This document shows positions 38,588 to 48,224 of a stretch of 64,000 nt of DNA, in pieces; the stretch's first letter is position 1, and each line of letters starts with the position of its first letter. This stretch comes from a virus, in the IMG/VR virus record IMGVR_UViG_3300035670_000149, positions 8,628 to 72,627 of that record; one strand, 5' to 3'. The position numbers and the translations under genes are program-made. Below the pieces are notes generated by a model. The model was not told the origin of the DNA, did no database searches, and saw only the letters and a list, made by a program, of their open reading frames with translations.

Positions 38588-40795
38588 CTATCCAACAATA
38601 TTATGCATTGCTTTCATTCCAATGATGCTCCTATTGTTCGGATCAATGCTTCCAAGCTTAGGAATATCATTTGAAACACCTGGATTCGGCGCAGCAGGTT
38701 GTTGAGGAGAGGGAACACCTAAAGTTGGTGTCACTTTTTGAACGTCACTTGGAGTCGTACCAAATACTTCTTGATAAAGTTTGAAAGTATCTCTCAAATA
38801 CTCCATTGGATTTGTTATTTGTTCAACTTGACCACCCGATGATGACGCAATACTTCCTGAAGATGGATCATTATAGTCACCCATTGTATCAATATTTTCT
38901 GCTCCAGGACCAGATGCAAATCCCAAATGAAGGTGAGTATCATGTCCACCAATGGCTCCACCTTTACCACCGCCAGCAAACCAAGACCCCCATGGATCAT
39001 GAATAATTTGAGTTAATTTTAGAGCATTTCTTTGCCTGTACATAGATTCGGCAAGAGCTTTTGTTCTGCCTTTCCAATCACCAGGACGCCAATCCGTGAC
39101 ATCAATCGCAAGATTTTTATAGTGAAGACTACCGCTACTATGACCACCAACTCTTTCGCCACCAGATGGATTATATCCTGTACCAGTGTTTGGACCTTCA
39201 CGAGACCAACTGTTTTTTCTAAAGTTTTTATGTTCTCCAACAGTAAATCCTTTTCCCAAAAGTTGTTTTCCAACAGAAGTAACAGCTGGCAATCCGCCTT
39301 CTCCTTGTCTCTGCTTAATTCCTTTTAGAGAATCAACCTCACCATCTGTACTTGACTTTGGTTTGGATGCTTTACTAGTATTACCACCTGCGTATCCACC
39401 ACCTTGAGCATATAAAGTTCCGCTCAATAATTTTGGTCGGTTTGTTCCTCCACCAGCAGCATTCATTGCTGTAAAAGTATCAACACCAAATTGTTGAACG
39501 GCACCTTTGCTCATTACAAATTCGCCAGGACTCAACATTGCTGGAATAGTATCAGTCCCAAGTGGAGCTCCACCACTTGAGAACGCAAATGTTGGGTTGA
39601 AAGTTACTAATGGTCCTGCAGTTCTATTTCCACTATTAATAAGTCCACCACCTCTTGCAGTTTGAAGCATTCCTGTTGTAGGAGTTGGACCCATGCTTCC
39701 AGGACTTGGAGTTTTATCAATTCCAGTATCAGTTCCTTGTACTCCTAAACCTTTTCCTCTACGTGCTCGGACAGCATTTTCTGCTTGAACAGGTGCTGCT
39801 CTTCTTTGCCCAGTAACTTCATTTGCAAGTACAGCGGCGCCACCAATCCCAGCACCGACAGCAATAATTTTGGCAGCAGGAGAAACTAATGCTGCTCTGG
39901 CAAGAGGACCTGCTTTTCCTAGTGCTTTGAGTGCTCCTCCACCCATCCTCAATGCCAGTCTACCTGCAGCTTTGAACAAATCAAAAGTCAGTTTGAGAAG
40001 TTTAGGAACATACTTGAATCCCAACTTCAACAGGAACATTACAATTCCATTGAGTCTTGTTCCAAATAGAAGCAAACCCCCAATAATTAGTAACCAATGT
40101 CTCCTAAAGAATTTGATAACATTATTAAGTTTTTCCGCATTTTCTGGATTTGAATACCATTCAATTAACTTCACTCCAACTTTGGCAAAAAGAATTTTGC
40201 CGATGGCATCCATTATCTCTTGGAATATATTTTTTATGGGTGCTAAAATTTTCTGAGCTGGACCTTCTATAATTTTCTTTAGACCTTCTAGTCTACTTTC
40301 CTTCTGCTCCCTCTTATCTTTTTCTTTTTCTTTTCGGTCTTTATCTGCAACTGCCTTCTCAAACTTATTGGTATCTCGTATTTCCTTGAGCAGATCATCA
40401 ATCTTATCTAAGATATCATCAAAACCTTGCTCTACTTGTTGTGTAGATACTTCTGGTTTAGTTTTTAATACAGTCAATTCCTCCTTTTCAATCGGAGGTT
40501 TATATTTTACCAATGCACTTGACTTCGTGCCAGGTAACAATGCTCTAGTAGGACGCAATCCACCACCGTCAAACCCACCACCGGCAGCAGATTTTCTCTT
40601 CAAAACATTCTCTACAAATGTTTTGAATTCTATTTTGTTCTTTCTATAAAGTTTTAGACCTTCTCTTCTCTCTTCTGGAGTGGCATTTTCTTTGGTGCCT
40701 GGAATTTTTCCATCAGCAACTAACTCCTGACGATACTGTTCTACTTTATCTTCGCCAAAGAAATTAGATGCATTGATGGTTCCAGGCTTAGCCAT
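38588..40795 (-). CDS. Tape-measure-like tail protein with putative M15-like Zn peptidase domain
   Basis: Coiled-coil N-terminus; GTDTIPAMLSPGEFVM motif; HSSGSLH...AID...HDTHLH. Confidence 0.7.
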   Translation of the reverse strand: MAKPGTINASNFFGEDKVEQYRQELVADGKIPGTKENATPEERREGLKLYRKNKIEFKTFVENVLKRKSAAGGGFDGGGLRPTRALLPGTKSSALVKYKPPIEKEELTVLKTKPEVSTQQVEQGFDDILDKIDDLLKEIRDTNKFEKAVADKDRKEKEKDKREQKESRLEGLKKIIEGPAQKILAPIKNIFQEIMDAIGKILFAKVGVKLIEWYSNPENAEKLNNVIKFFRRHWLLIIGGLLLFGTRLNGIVMFLLKLGFKYVPKLLKLTFDLFKAAGRLALRMGGGALKALGKAGPLARAALVSPAAKIIAVGAGIGGAAVLANEVTGQRRAAPVQAENAVRARRGKGLGVQGTDTGIDKTPSPGSMGPTPTTGMLQTARGGGLINSGNRTAGPLVTFNPTFAFSSGGAPLGTDTIPAMLSPGEFVMSKGAVQQFGVDTFTAMNAAGGGTNRPKLLSGTLYAQGGGYAGGNTSKASKPKSSTDGEVDSLKGIKQRQGEGGLPAVTSVGKQLLGKGFTVGEHKNFRKNSWSREGPNTGTGYNPSGGERVGGHSSGSLHYKNLAIDVTDWRPGDWKGRTKALAESMYRQRNALKLTQIIHDPWGSWFAGGGKGGAIGGHDTHLHLGFASGPGAENIDTMGDYNDPSSGSIASSSGGQVEQITNPMEYLRDTFKLYQEVFGTTPSDVQKVTPTLGVPSPQQPAAPNPGVSNDIPKLGSIDPNNRSIIGMKAMHNIVG

Positions 40796-40961
40796 TCTGT
40801 TGCTGTTTTAGTTTTTCCTCTTCCAGATGCTGTTTCAATAATTCAACGTAGATGTCTCTTTCCCAAGGCATCATATTTTCAATCTCAGTCAAAGAGTATT
40901 TATGATACTGCATCAAGGCAAAATTGATCCTGAAGTAAACTTCAAGATCCATATGAGACAT
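40788..40961 (-). CDS. gp51: Baseplate hub assembly catalyst gp51
   Basis: Not in the ORF track (57 aa): MSHMDLEVYFRINFALMQYHKYSLTEIENMMPWERDIYVELLKQHLEEEKLKQQQNG. Confidence 0.85.
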   Translation of the reverse strand: MSHMDLEVYFRINFALMQYHKYSLTEIENMMPWERDIYVELLKQHLEEEKLKQQQNG

Positions 40962-40963
40962 CC

Positions 40964-41680
40964 CTAGGCGAAAAAACTTGAGATTCCCTCCAGAACAACC
41001 TCACTTTTCTTTTTAGTCTTAGGATTTGTTACCTCAACTTTATAAGACAACTTTGGCATTGTCTCAAAGAAACGTTCAATATCTTTGAACTGAGAAGTAT
41101 TGAGTTGTTCTAAAAATTCTGAAAGTTCTTTCTTAGTTACATCTGAAGTATTCCATGCCTCATCTTCATTATAAATGGTTTCAATGCATGAAGAGATTAG
41201 ATCAAAAGTTTTTTCAATTCCAATTTCATCACTCAAATCAAAGTTTTCAGAAACAAATTGATCTAAAGATGGATATTTCATTCTCATTGTGAGATGATCA
41301 TCTAGTTTGATATCTTTGTTATGATCTGAATTCCTTTGAACTTTAATTTCATCAATAGGAATGGTCACAGGAACTTCTGTTTCACCATCGTCAGGACAAA
41401 TAATTTTGACTTCAACTTCTTCTCCGACAGACTTACCACGAATATTGAGGAACAGATACTCAATATCAAAAGTAGGTAGATCTTCAACCTTTACCTTACT
41501 TTTGACACAAGATTTAATGACATCTTTGATTGCTTTTGTAATTTGTTTTGTGTCCTGACTTTCCATAGCCAGAACAAGAATTTTTTCTTCTTTGACAAGA
41601 AATGGTCTGTATTCTATTTCTTCCCCAGTGGATGGCAACTCAAGTGTGTAATATGGTGTTGCAATTTTTGGTAAAGGCAT
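40964..41680 (-). CDS. gp26: Baseplate hub subunit gp26
   Basis: MPLPKI, YRPFLVKEEKIL, FDIEYLFLNIRGKSVGE and LEGISSFFA. Confidence 0.92.
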   Translation of the reverse strand: MPLPKIATPYYTLELPSTGEEIEYRPFLVKEEKILVLAMESQDTKQITKAIKDVIKSCVKSKVKVEDLPTFDIEYLFLNIRGKSVGEEVEVKIICPDDGETEVPVTIPIDEIKVQRNSDHNKDIKLDDHLTMRMKYPSLDQFVSENFDLSDEIGIEKTFDLISSCIETIYNEDEAWNTSDVTKKELSEFLEQLNTSQFKDIERFFETMPKLSYKVEVTNPKTKKKSEVVLEGISSFFA

Positions 41681-41708
41681 AATCTCCTATACAAATCAGT
41701 GTGATTAT

Positions 41709-42482
41709 TTATGCCTCACCATAGATCCTATTATAATATGCCTCTTCAGATTCTTGGGGAGCAGCGGCAGTTGCCTGATTAGTTGGAGATGATTCTCCTT
41801 GATTTGCTTGGACTGGTTTTGAACCAGATCTCTCCACAAAATAACGATCATAACTAAAACTAACTGTTGTCTTTAGTATTTGAGATTGATCGTAGGAAAC
41901 AGGTATAGAAGAAATATTCAAAGGAAATGCATTCACAAAAGTATAAACTATTTCATTACCACTTCCAGTGCCAGGAACTAATTTTCCTCCATTGTAAACT
42001 GCTTCATAATCTTTATTGAATTTGTGAATAAAGATTGACGTTTTATACTTTTCTGGATACTTAAACCTATAAAAAGAATTTATAGAAGAAACATCATCTC
42101 CAACCACCGAATAACTTTCATCAGGACTAGCAATATAATCCATCCACTGCTCAAAGAACTTCAAAGTTTTATATTCATCATCAACATAAAAAGACATGTC
42201 AATTGTATCAAAGTCTTTTCTATAAGCAAACTTTTGACTTATACCATAATAATCCTGATTGTTTTCGGATGTAGAAAATCTAGATCCTGGCAATGAAGTT
42301 TCAGAGCAAAGAATGCTCAAATCTTCAGTGTATCTATTTGCAGGAGCATACTGATTGACAAAGGGAAGATTCTGAATATTGAACACTGCTCTAAACTGAC
42401 TACTTTGAGCAATGTTAGAAAATCTCTTTACGAAATCACTGGTGCTATATGTTCTGTAAGGAATTCTTCCTGAAGATGGCAT
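41709..42482 (-). CDS. Tail-tube family protein (gp54/gp19-like)
   Basis: LCSETSLPG, FYVD...FFEQW, FVNAFPLNI and VSFSY. Confidence 0.7.
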   Translation of the reverse strand: MPSSGRIPYRTYSTSDFVKRFSNIAQSSQFRAVFNIQNLPFVNQYAPANRYTEDLSILCSETSLPGSRFSTSENNQDYYGISQKFAYRKDFDTIDMSFYVDDEYKTLKFFEQWMDYIASPDESYSVVGDDVSSINSFYRFKYPEKYKTSIFIHKFNKDYEAVYNGGKLVPGTGSGNEIVYTFVNAFPLNISSIPVSYDQSQILKTTVSFSYDRYFVERSGSKPVQANQGESSPTNQATAAAPQESEEAYYNRIYGEA

Positions 42483-42513
42483 CTAAATACCTATTAGTCT
42501 TTATATATTATGT

Positions 42514-42948
42514 ATGAGTTATAAGGGGAAGTTTCGTCCAAGTAACTATCAAAAATATAAGGGAGACCCTACCAATATAATTTACCGTTCTTTATGGGAA
42601 CTTAAGTTTATGAATTGGTGTGACAAGAATGAAAACATTCTTGAGTGGGGTAGTGAAGAATTTTGGATTCCATATGTTTCACCCATTGATAATAGAGTGC
42701 ATAGATATTTTCCAGATTTTTATTTGAAAGTAAAAGAACAAAATGGTTCAATAAAAAAATATGTAATTGAAGTCAAACCACTGAAGCAAACTGTAGAACC
42801 ACAACCTTCAAAAAGAAAGACGAAAAAATATCTCTATGAAGCGATGGAATATGCAAAGAATCAGGCAAAGTGGAAAGCAGCAAGAGAATTTTGTGAAGAC
42901 CGTAGATATGAATTCAAAATCATAACCGAAAAAGAATTGGGCATATGA
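42514..42948 (+). CDS. gp4: Head completion protein gp4
   Basis: KYKGDPTNIIYRSLWE, HRYFPDF, IEVKP and NQAKWKAA; late-promoter variant CTAAATAC at 42483. Confidence 0.92.
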   Translation: MSYKGKFRPSNYQKYKGDPTNIIYRSLWELKFMNWCDKNENILEWGSEEFWIPYVSPIDNRVHRYFPDFYLKVKEQNGSIKKYVIEVKPLKQTVEPQPSKRKTKKYLYEAMEYAKNQAKWKAAREFCEDRRYEFKIITEKELGI

Positions 42949-43292
42949 ATCGTTTAGAACCAATTCTATACAAACTCAAAGGAACAGAAAATCCAGATGA
43001 TTTAATGTTACTAATCATGGAGGCATTGAAAGAGATTGATTATGCTCCAGATGAAGTTGGGAACTTATTCACATTCATCTATATGCCTAAGACGCCAAAC
43101 ATATTGTACGATCAACATCCTCTTGTAGAAGTTACAGAAATAACAAGATGGGGATTTCGTGGATTCAACTATCACTGGAATCGTATTCGCAACTATACTT
43201 TCCCAGAAATTGTGGGACCAATGCATAGATTATACCCAAGAGAACTAGAAACACTTCGCACAATTCCTTATAGAAAGGTTCTAATGTCTTGA
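42945..43292 (+). CDS. Hypothetical protein (gp2/DNA end protector-like fragment)
   Basis: FIYMPKT...YDQHPLV...GFRGFNYHW resembles the gp2 core. Confidence 0.5.
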   Translation: MNRLEPILYKLKGTENPDDLMLLIMEALKEIDYAPDEVGNLFTFIYMPKTPNILYDQHPLVEVTEITRWGFRGFNYHWNRIRNYTFPEIVGPMHRLYPRELETLRTIPYRKVLMS

Positions 43293-43312
43293 TAAATAAC
43301 TAAAAAAAGTCA

Positions 43313-44677
43313 ATGGCGGATTTTGCCGAAAAAACAATAGCAGTAAAAGGCAAGCAAGTAATTGTAAGAACAAATCTAAATGACGGAAGTTATACCGTCA
43401 GAGATTCGTTCAATAGAACCATTGCGACTGGATCGGCAGCAAATGGTGGTGTGCCAAGTTTTGGACAGGGAGATAAAGCAGGACAAGCGTATATTTTAGG
43501 AATCAATTCGCAACAAGCATCCAGAAGGTCTGGAAGTTTATCTGTAAGTTTGTCACAAGAAATTGGAGACACTGTGGCAAAAAGAAATCTAGATAACATC
43601 AACTACTTAGGATCTGCAGATCAAAAAAAAGCACTCAAAAATACAAATTATGGCGGAAAAATAAGTATACCTGGAGACACTACAGCACAAAATAACGGTC
43701 CTGGTGGAGGTGGAACAACTGGTGGAAAATCTGGAACCGATACAGGAGCAATATCAACTGGTCAAAACGATCCACAAAATCCTGCACAACCACAAACTCA
43801 GAACGCAAATCCTGAAGTTCCTAAACCACAATCACCTTCAGGTCCAACTTTGAGATATCCATCAGGTTTGATAGAACAAAATCAAGACTTTGTTAAAATA
43901 TCAAGAATCCAATATGTTGCAGGAGGTTCATCTGCTGCAAGTTTATCCTTTGGTGCAATTGCCAGACCATCAGAAAGAATGGCAACAGTCAAGTCATTGC
44001 AAGATGTTATCTTGCCAATACCAACAAACGTATCTTCTGACAATTCCGTTGGGTGGGGTGATGACAAATTGGATTTTGTCGCTGCTATGAAAGGTGGACT
44101 TGCAGAAGGAGTCATTGCTGGAGGAAGAACATTAGATGATTCATTATCAAACATTGGTGCGACTATTAGCACCAACAAAGAGTCATTGAAGAAATTACTT
44201 ACTAAAAGTATTTCTGGTCAAATTGCTGGATCAAACCTGTTCACGAGAGCAACAGGAGCAATTACAAATAGCAACTTAGAACTGCTTTTCACTGGTCCAG
44301 AACTTAGATCATTTTCGTTTACATACCGAATGACTCCTAGGTCAAATACTGAAACAACACAAATCAAAGAAATCATTCGCCAATTCAAAAGAGGAATGGC
44401 AGCAAACATTGTTCAAGGACAATTGTTTGTGCAGACACCTAATGTTTTTCTAATTGACTTTAGATTTGCTGGGGACCAACCACATCCGTTCTTGGATAAA
44501 ATAAAACCTTGTGCTCTTACCAACTTTAGAGTAAATTATACTCCAGACAATGCATATATGACTTATGGAGACGGTTCTCCCATAGCGTATGAAATAGCAT
44601 TTTCATTCAAAGAACTAGAGCCAGTCTATGCACAAGACTATGATAGCGGTAAAGGAGCAGAGGGGATGGGATTCTAA
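43313..44677 (+). CDS. gp48: Baseplate tail-tube cap gp48
   Basis: LRYP, NLELLFTGPELRSFSF, CALTNFRVNYTP and FKELEPVY; ATAAATA at 43292. Confidence 0.88.
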   Translation: MADFAEKTIAVKGKQVIVRTNLNDGSYTVRDSFNRTIATGSAANGGVPSFGQGDKAGQAYILGINSQQASRRSGSLSVSLSQEIGDTVAKRNLDNINYLGSADQKKALKNTNYGGKISIPGDTTAQNNGPGGGGTTGGKSGTDTGAISTGQNDPQNPAQPQTQNANPEVPKPQSPSGPTLRYPSGLIEQNQDFVKISRIQYVAGGSSAASLSFGAIARPSERMATVKSLQDVILPIPTNVSSDNSVGWGDDKLDFVAAMKGGLAEGVIAGGRTLDDSLSNIGATISTNKESLKKLLTKSISGQIAGSNLFTRATGAITNSNLELLFTGPELRSFSFTYRMTPRSNTETTQIKEIIRQFKRGMAANIVQGQLFVQTPNVFLIDFRFAGDQPHPFLDKIKPCALTNFRVNYTPDNAYMTYGDGSPIAYEIAFSFKELEPVYAQDYDSGKGAEGMGF

Positions 44678-45336
44678 TGACTTACTTCAGACAACTTCCT
44701 AATTTCAATTACGTTTCAAGACTCAACAATCCAAACTCTAGTTCGGACTATATTGAAGTTAAAAATCTTTTCAGAAGAGGAAAGATCCGAGAAGATCTTT
44801 TCAATGACTTTACAACTTTCACTCAGTATACAATCATTGGCGATGAAAGACCTGACTCCGTAGCATACAAATTCTATAATGACTCTACGTTAGACTGGTT
44901 AATATTACACGCAAATAATATAGTCAATGTGAGAAATGAATGGCCACTCACTCAGAAAGATTTTGAAAATTATCTAATTGAAAAGTATGGATCAGTTGAA
45001 GGATACAGTGCAATAAAACACTACGAATCCAAAGAAACAAGAGACACTCTTGGAAATATTATTCTACCAGAGGGTCTTATTATTGATGAAGGTTACTTAA
45101 TTACCTACAGAGATGCTGGAACTGGCACTGAATTAATTGCCAGCGATATCTCTTCTGGAGTTACCTATCAAGAATATGAGCAAAGAATTGAAAATGAAAA
45201 GAGAAATATCTACGTACTGAAACCTCAGTTTGTTGAGATTGCTATCAATGATATTGAAGATATGATGACTTATACAGAGTCCTCTCAATACATTAGCGAC
45301 ACCTTGAAGCAAGGAGACAATATTAAAATAAAATAG
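44677..45336 (+). CDS. gp53: Baseplate wedge subunit gp53
   Basis: YFRQLPN, GDERPDSVA, WLILHANNI, WPL and KRNIYVLKP. Confidence 0.9.
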   Translation: MTYFRQLPNFNYVSRLNNPNSSSDYIEVKNLFRRGKIREDLFNDFTTFTQYTIIGDERPDSVAYKFYNDSTLDWLILHANNIVNVRNEWPLTQKDFENYLIEKYGSVEGYSAIKHYESKETRDTLGNIILPEGLIIDEGYLITYRDAGTGTELIASDISSGVTYQEYEQRIENEKRNIYVLKPQFVEIAINDIEDMMTYTESSQYISDTLKQGDNIKIK

Positions 45337-45356
45337 GGGGGAAAGATCCCCCCATA
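45334..45356. terminator. Hairpin between convergent gp53 and gp32 (likely bidirectional terminator)
   Basis: G-run/C-run stem GGGGG-GAAAGAT-CCCCC. Confidence 0.65.
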
Positions 45357-45359
45357 GTA

Positions 45360-46265
45360 TCATGCCTCAGCAAGTTTTTGGAAATAACTTAGGGCATCGT
45401 CTTCATCGTCATCATCAACTTTAGATGAGACGTTAGGAAGACTTACTTTTTGACGCACTTCTTCTTCAACGGGATCATAGGAATCTTCTTCATCAGCAAC
45501 CTCAGAATCAACACGGCGAGCAGGTTGAGATACTCGCAGAACCTGATTCAGACGGCGCTCAAGTTCCTCATAGGACTTGAAATTGGAGGGTTTTACAAAC
45601 TCCTCTAGAGAATATTCTTTTTTCCAAATGGACTCAAGAGCTTCATCGTCATCAAGGAGAGGCTCAACAGAGTCAAACTCTGACTTGTCATAATTCCAGT
45701 AGCCATCCACCTTGCGGATCTTAAGTTTGAAGTTAGCTCCCTGCCAGAAATCAAAGGGATTGATTGGTGATTCATCCTCAAACTCTGGTTGCATGGACGC
45801 CATGATCTTGTCGAAGATTTTCTTTCCGTATTTGAAAAGAAAAACTTTGCCCTCGTTTTCAGGATTTACGGGGTCTTTTACAACATAGATGTTGCTATAG
45901 TAAGACAGTTTGCGCTTCTGTTTGCGGACAGTATCTTTATCTGCATCACTACCACTGTTCCAAAGATCGCGGTTGTATTCTGATACAGGATCTTTTTGAC
46001 CAACAGTGGTCAAAGAGTTCTCGATGTACCAACCACCAGGACCTTGAAATGCGTGGGAGTATACTTTTGCCCAGGGAACTTCTTCTCCTTCAGGAGCAGG
46101 CAAGAAGCGAACAACAGCATAACCATTCCCACTCTTATCCAGAGCAGGTTTCCAGAGTCGCTCATCAGCACCATTAGTTTTGGTGCTCATTTTCTCTACT
46201 TCTGCGACCAGTTTAGAAGTGAGAGAACCAAGACGGGATTGTTTTTTGAGATCGGAAAAAGACAT
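45360..46265 (-). CDS. gp32: Single-stranded DNA-binding protein gp32
   Basis: DKSGNGYAVVRFLP, HAFQGPGGWYIENSLTT, NYDKSEF and an acidic tail. Confidence 0.95.
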   Translation of the reverse strand: MSFSDLKKQSRLGSLTSKLVAEVEKMSTKTNGADERLWKPALDKSGNGYAVVRFLPAPEGEEVPWAKVYSHAFQGPGGWYIENSLTTVGQKDPVSEYNRDLWNSGSDADKDTVRKQKRKLSYYSNIYVVKDPVNPENEGKVFLFKYGKKIFDKIMASMQPEFEDESPINPFDFWQGANFKLKIRKVDGYWNYDKSEFDSVEPLLDDDEALESIWKKEYSLEEFVKPSNFKSYEELERRLNQVLRVSQPARRVDSEVADEEDSYDPVEEEVRQKVSLPNVSSKVDDDDEDDALSYFQKLAEA

Positions 46266-46303
46266 AAGATTTGGCTTGTAATTTGGCTTTTGTGTACCTT
46301 GTT

Positions 46304-46332
46304 ATTATAGGACTAGATGGAACTCTTGTCAA
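46304..46332 (-). promoter_or_regulatory. Consensus sigma70-type promoter for gp32
   Basis: TTGACA-N17-TATAAT, exact. Confidence 0.85.
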
Positions 46333-46651
46333 TCTGATAACGCATAACTTCAAGCATCTTTTCCATGTTTTGGAAAATAACGTTCATATCCATGTTATCA
46401 GGCATACCCATTAGTTTCGCAGAGTTAATAATATTTTCTTTCATTTGCTTTGCTTCTGGATCATCTGATAGCGAGAGTCTAGTGTATAAGACTCTTTGCT
46501 TTTCTAGAAGTTTCTCTAGCATTGCCACGTGTTCTACTTTTTCTTCCCGTGTCATGGTAGGAAACTGGAACACTTTCTGATAAATCTCCTCTTGAAGTTC
46601 AGTAATCTCAGTCATTTCTGAACGGACTACTTCTGAGTCAAAGAAACTCAT
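46313..46651 (-). CDS. DUF1825-like protein
   Basis: Start MSFFDSEVV (ATGA overlap); LLEKQRVLYTRLSLSDDPEA. Confidence 0.75.
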   Translation of the reverse strand: MSFFDSEVVRSEMTEITELQEEIYQKVFQFPTMTREEKVEHVAMLEKLLEKQRVLYTRLSLSDDPEAKQMKENIINSAKLMGMPDNMDMNVIFQNMEKMLEVMRYQIDKSSI

Positions 46652-47238
46652 AGAATAACCTCCTTGAGGATTGTCGTATAACGAGGTACATCGATATTTA
46701 GAAAGGGAGAATACTTGTTCATTTTTTGTGATATGAGTTTCCACACAGGATCATTTAGTTTCTTATCAAACGTTGATTTATATTTGATTATTTTATCAAT
46801 AATGATTAAAGTTTCGATTGAGATGTTCTTTCGGATAAACTCTTTGACAATTTGTGGATGTCTATTTTCTTCAATTTTGAACAGACTATCAAAATCTCTT
46901 CCACTGAAGGTTGCTTCAATTTCTCCTCGGAAGATGTACGAGAGTGACTGTGTTCGTTTTTGCCAGTCTCGGTATCTTTGTTCTCCATTCTGTATGATAT
47001 CTACGATATAAAGAGTTTGTGGATCATCACATCCCACGAAATTTGCAATGAAGAAATTTTCAATTTCATTGTCCGAATGTTGACGAGACATCTTTTCAAA
47101 AAAATATCTGTCCTTTCTTTTATAAAATGATTGAAGAGATGCTTTAGATCTACCGCAATACTTCAGATAGTCGTAACTATCTTTTGTGAAGTGTTGCTTC
47201 ATTGCAAGATATGTTTTATAGCACTCAAAGGGCATCAT
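46648..47238 (-). CDS. gp59: Helicase loader gp59
   Basis: YKTYLAMKQHFT, YDYLKY and FYKRKDRYFFEK; start taken at MMPFEC. Confidence 0.88.
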   Translation of the reverse strand: MMPFECYKTYLAMKQHFTKDSYDYLKYCGRSKASLQSFYKRKDRYFFEKMSRQHSDNEIENFFIANFVGCDDPQTLYIVDIIQNGEQRYRDWQKRTQSLSYIFRGEIEATFSGRDFDSLFKIEENRHPQIVKEFIRKNISIETLIIIDKIIKYKSTFDKKLNDPVWKLISQKMNKYSPFLNIDVPRYTTILKEVIL

Positions 47239-47293
47239 TCTAAAAAGTAATACGAAGAAATTTTTACCGGAAAAATTTCCAGGTAAAATAGAA

Positions 47294-47551
47294 TCAAAGA
47301 GGCAGTTTTGCTCTGGAACTTCTCTTGAGGAAGTTAAGTTCCATTGCATTATACTTTAGTTTTTCTTTCAATGGTTTGGAAATAAGTTTAGGAACAGATT
47401 CAAGTTCAATATTATTCTGTTCGCAATAAACTACGATCGCATCAATATAGTTTAGGTCACTATTTTCAAGAACGATTCTTTCAATTTCTTGTGCAAATTT
47501 TGCGGGACCTAAAAACTTTTTATCAAAAGCTTCGTCGAGTTCATTCGGCAT
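47294..47551 (-). CDS. gp33: Late transcription coactivator gp33
   Basis: YIDAIVVYCEQNNIELESVPKLISKPLKEKL; start taken at MPNEL. Confidence 0.9.
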   Translation of the reverse strand: MPNELDEAFDKKFLGPAKFAQEIERIVLENSDLNYIDAIVVYCEQNNIELESVPKLISKPLKEKLKYNAMELNFLKRSSRAKLPL

Positions 47552-48224
47552 TGGTGTGAGATAGATTGTTTGTGACAAATTCTTTTATGTATCGTACTAA
47601 TAACTTAATATACTCCTCTTTATTCCGTTTGTCAAATACTTCAACCTCACCACCAGGAGTTACCATCAAAGTGATAAGTTTGGTGACAGGAATCTTAGTC
47701 AGTTCATAGTACATACAGGCATACGCAGTTTCCTGTACAAAATAATGCTCTAACCACTTTTCTGGTTTGATTTTATCAGAAGTCTTGAAGTCAATGATTG
47801 CTAATTCGCCATCATATTCTGCAATACAATCTACTCTACCTGCAAGTCCCAGGTATTCTGAATAGAGAGTTCTTTCAATTGCGTGAATATTATTTATCTT
47901 ATCTAGATATGGTTTGGCATGAAAGAACATGAACTTTGTCAGGGGTTGATAATCATCCCAGTTCAATTCCTTGTTTTCTAGATACGCCTGTGCAGCTTCA
48001 TGGAAATCTGTACCACGTGAGGTTGCTTTCTTCGTAATTCGATTCGCTTCTTCCTCTCCAACTCGCTTTCTCCACTCAACAAAAATTTGGCGGTTATAGA
48101 AAGAAGTGACAGAAGTAATAGAGGGAACCCACTCTCCATTTGGTAACTGGTAGAGTCGGCACCCTGGCGTTTCCTTTTTATCAAGTTCAAGTTCACCGAG
48201 ATAATTATGATGAATAAAGTTCAT
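47541..48224 (-). CDS. PD-(D/E)XK exonuclease
   Basis: PSITSV, RGTDFH, AGRVDCI, IIDFKTS and QETAYA. Confidence 0.85.
   Translation of the reverse strand: MNFIHHNYLGELELDKKETPGCRLYQLPNGEWVPSITSVTSFYNRQIFVEWRKRVGEEEANRITKKATSRGTDFHEAAQAYLENKELNWDDYQPLTKFMFFHAKPYLDKINNIHAIERTLYSEYLGLAGRVDCIAEYDGELAIIDFKTSDKIKPEKWLEHYFVQETAYACMYYELTKIPVTKLITLMVTPGGEVEVFDKRNKEEYIKLLVRYIKEFVTNNLSHTNAE

Noticed and set aside
38011-38625. Long plus-strand ORFs antisense to structural genes (also 5268, 10576, 19036, 39870)
   Set aside because: These are shadows of codon bias on the coding strand, with no motifs, ribosome-binding sites or promoters.
42514-42948. TnsA-like nuclease as a transposon marker
   Set aside because: Motifs and synteny identify it as head completion gp4. 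There are no terminal repeats or other transposition genes.
47239-47349. N-terminal extensions of gp59 (and of DUF1825 at 46652-46744)
   Set aside because: They overlap upstream genes. Family-like sequence begins at MMPFEC and MSFFDSE.
47541-48224. Cas4/CRISPR association of the exonuclease
   Set aside because: No Cys cluster, other cas genes or array. It sits in the usual phoH-exonuclease-gp33 core block.
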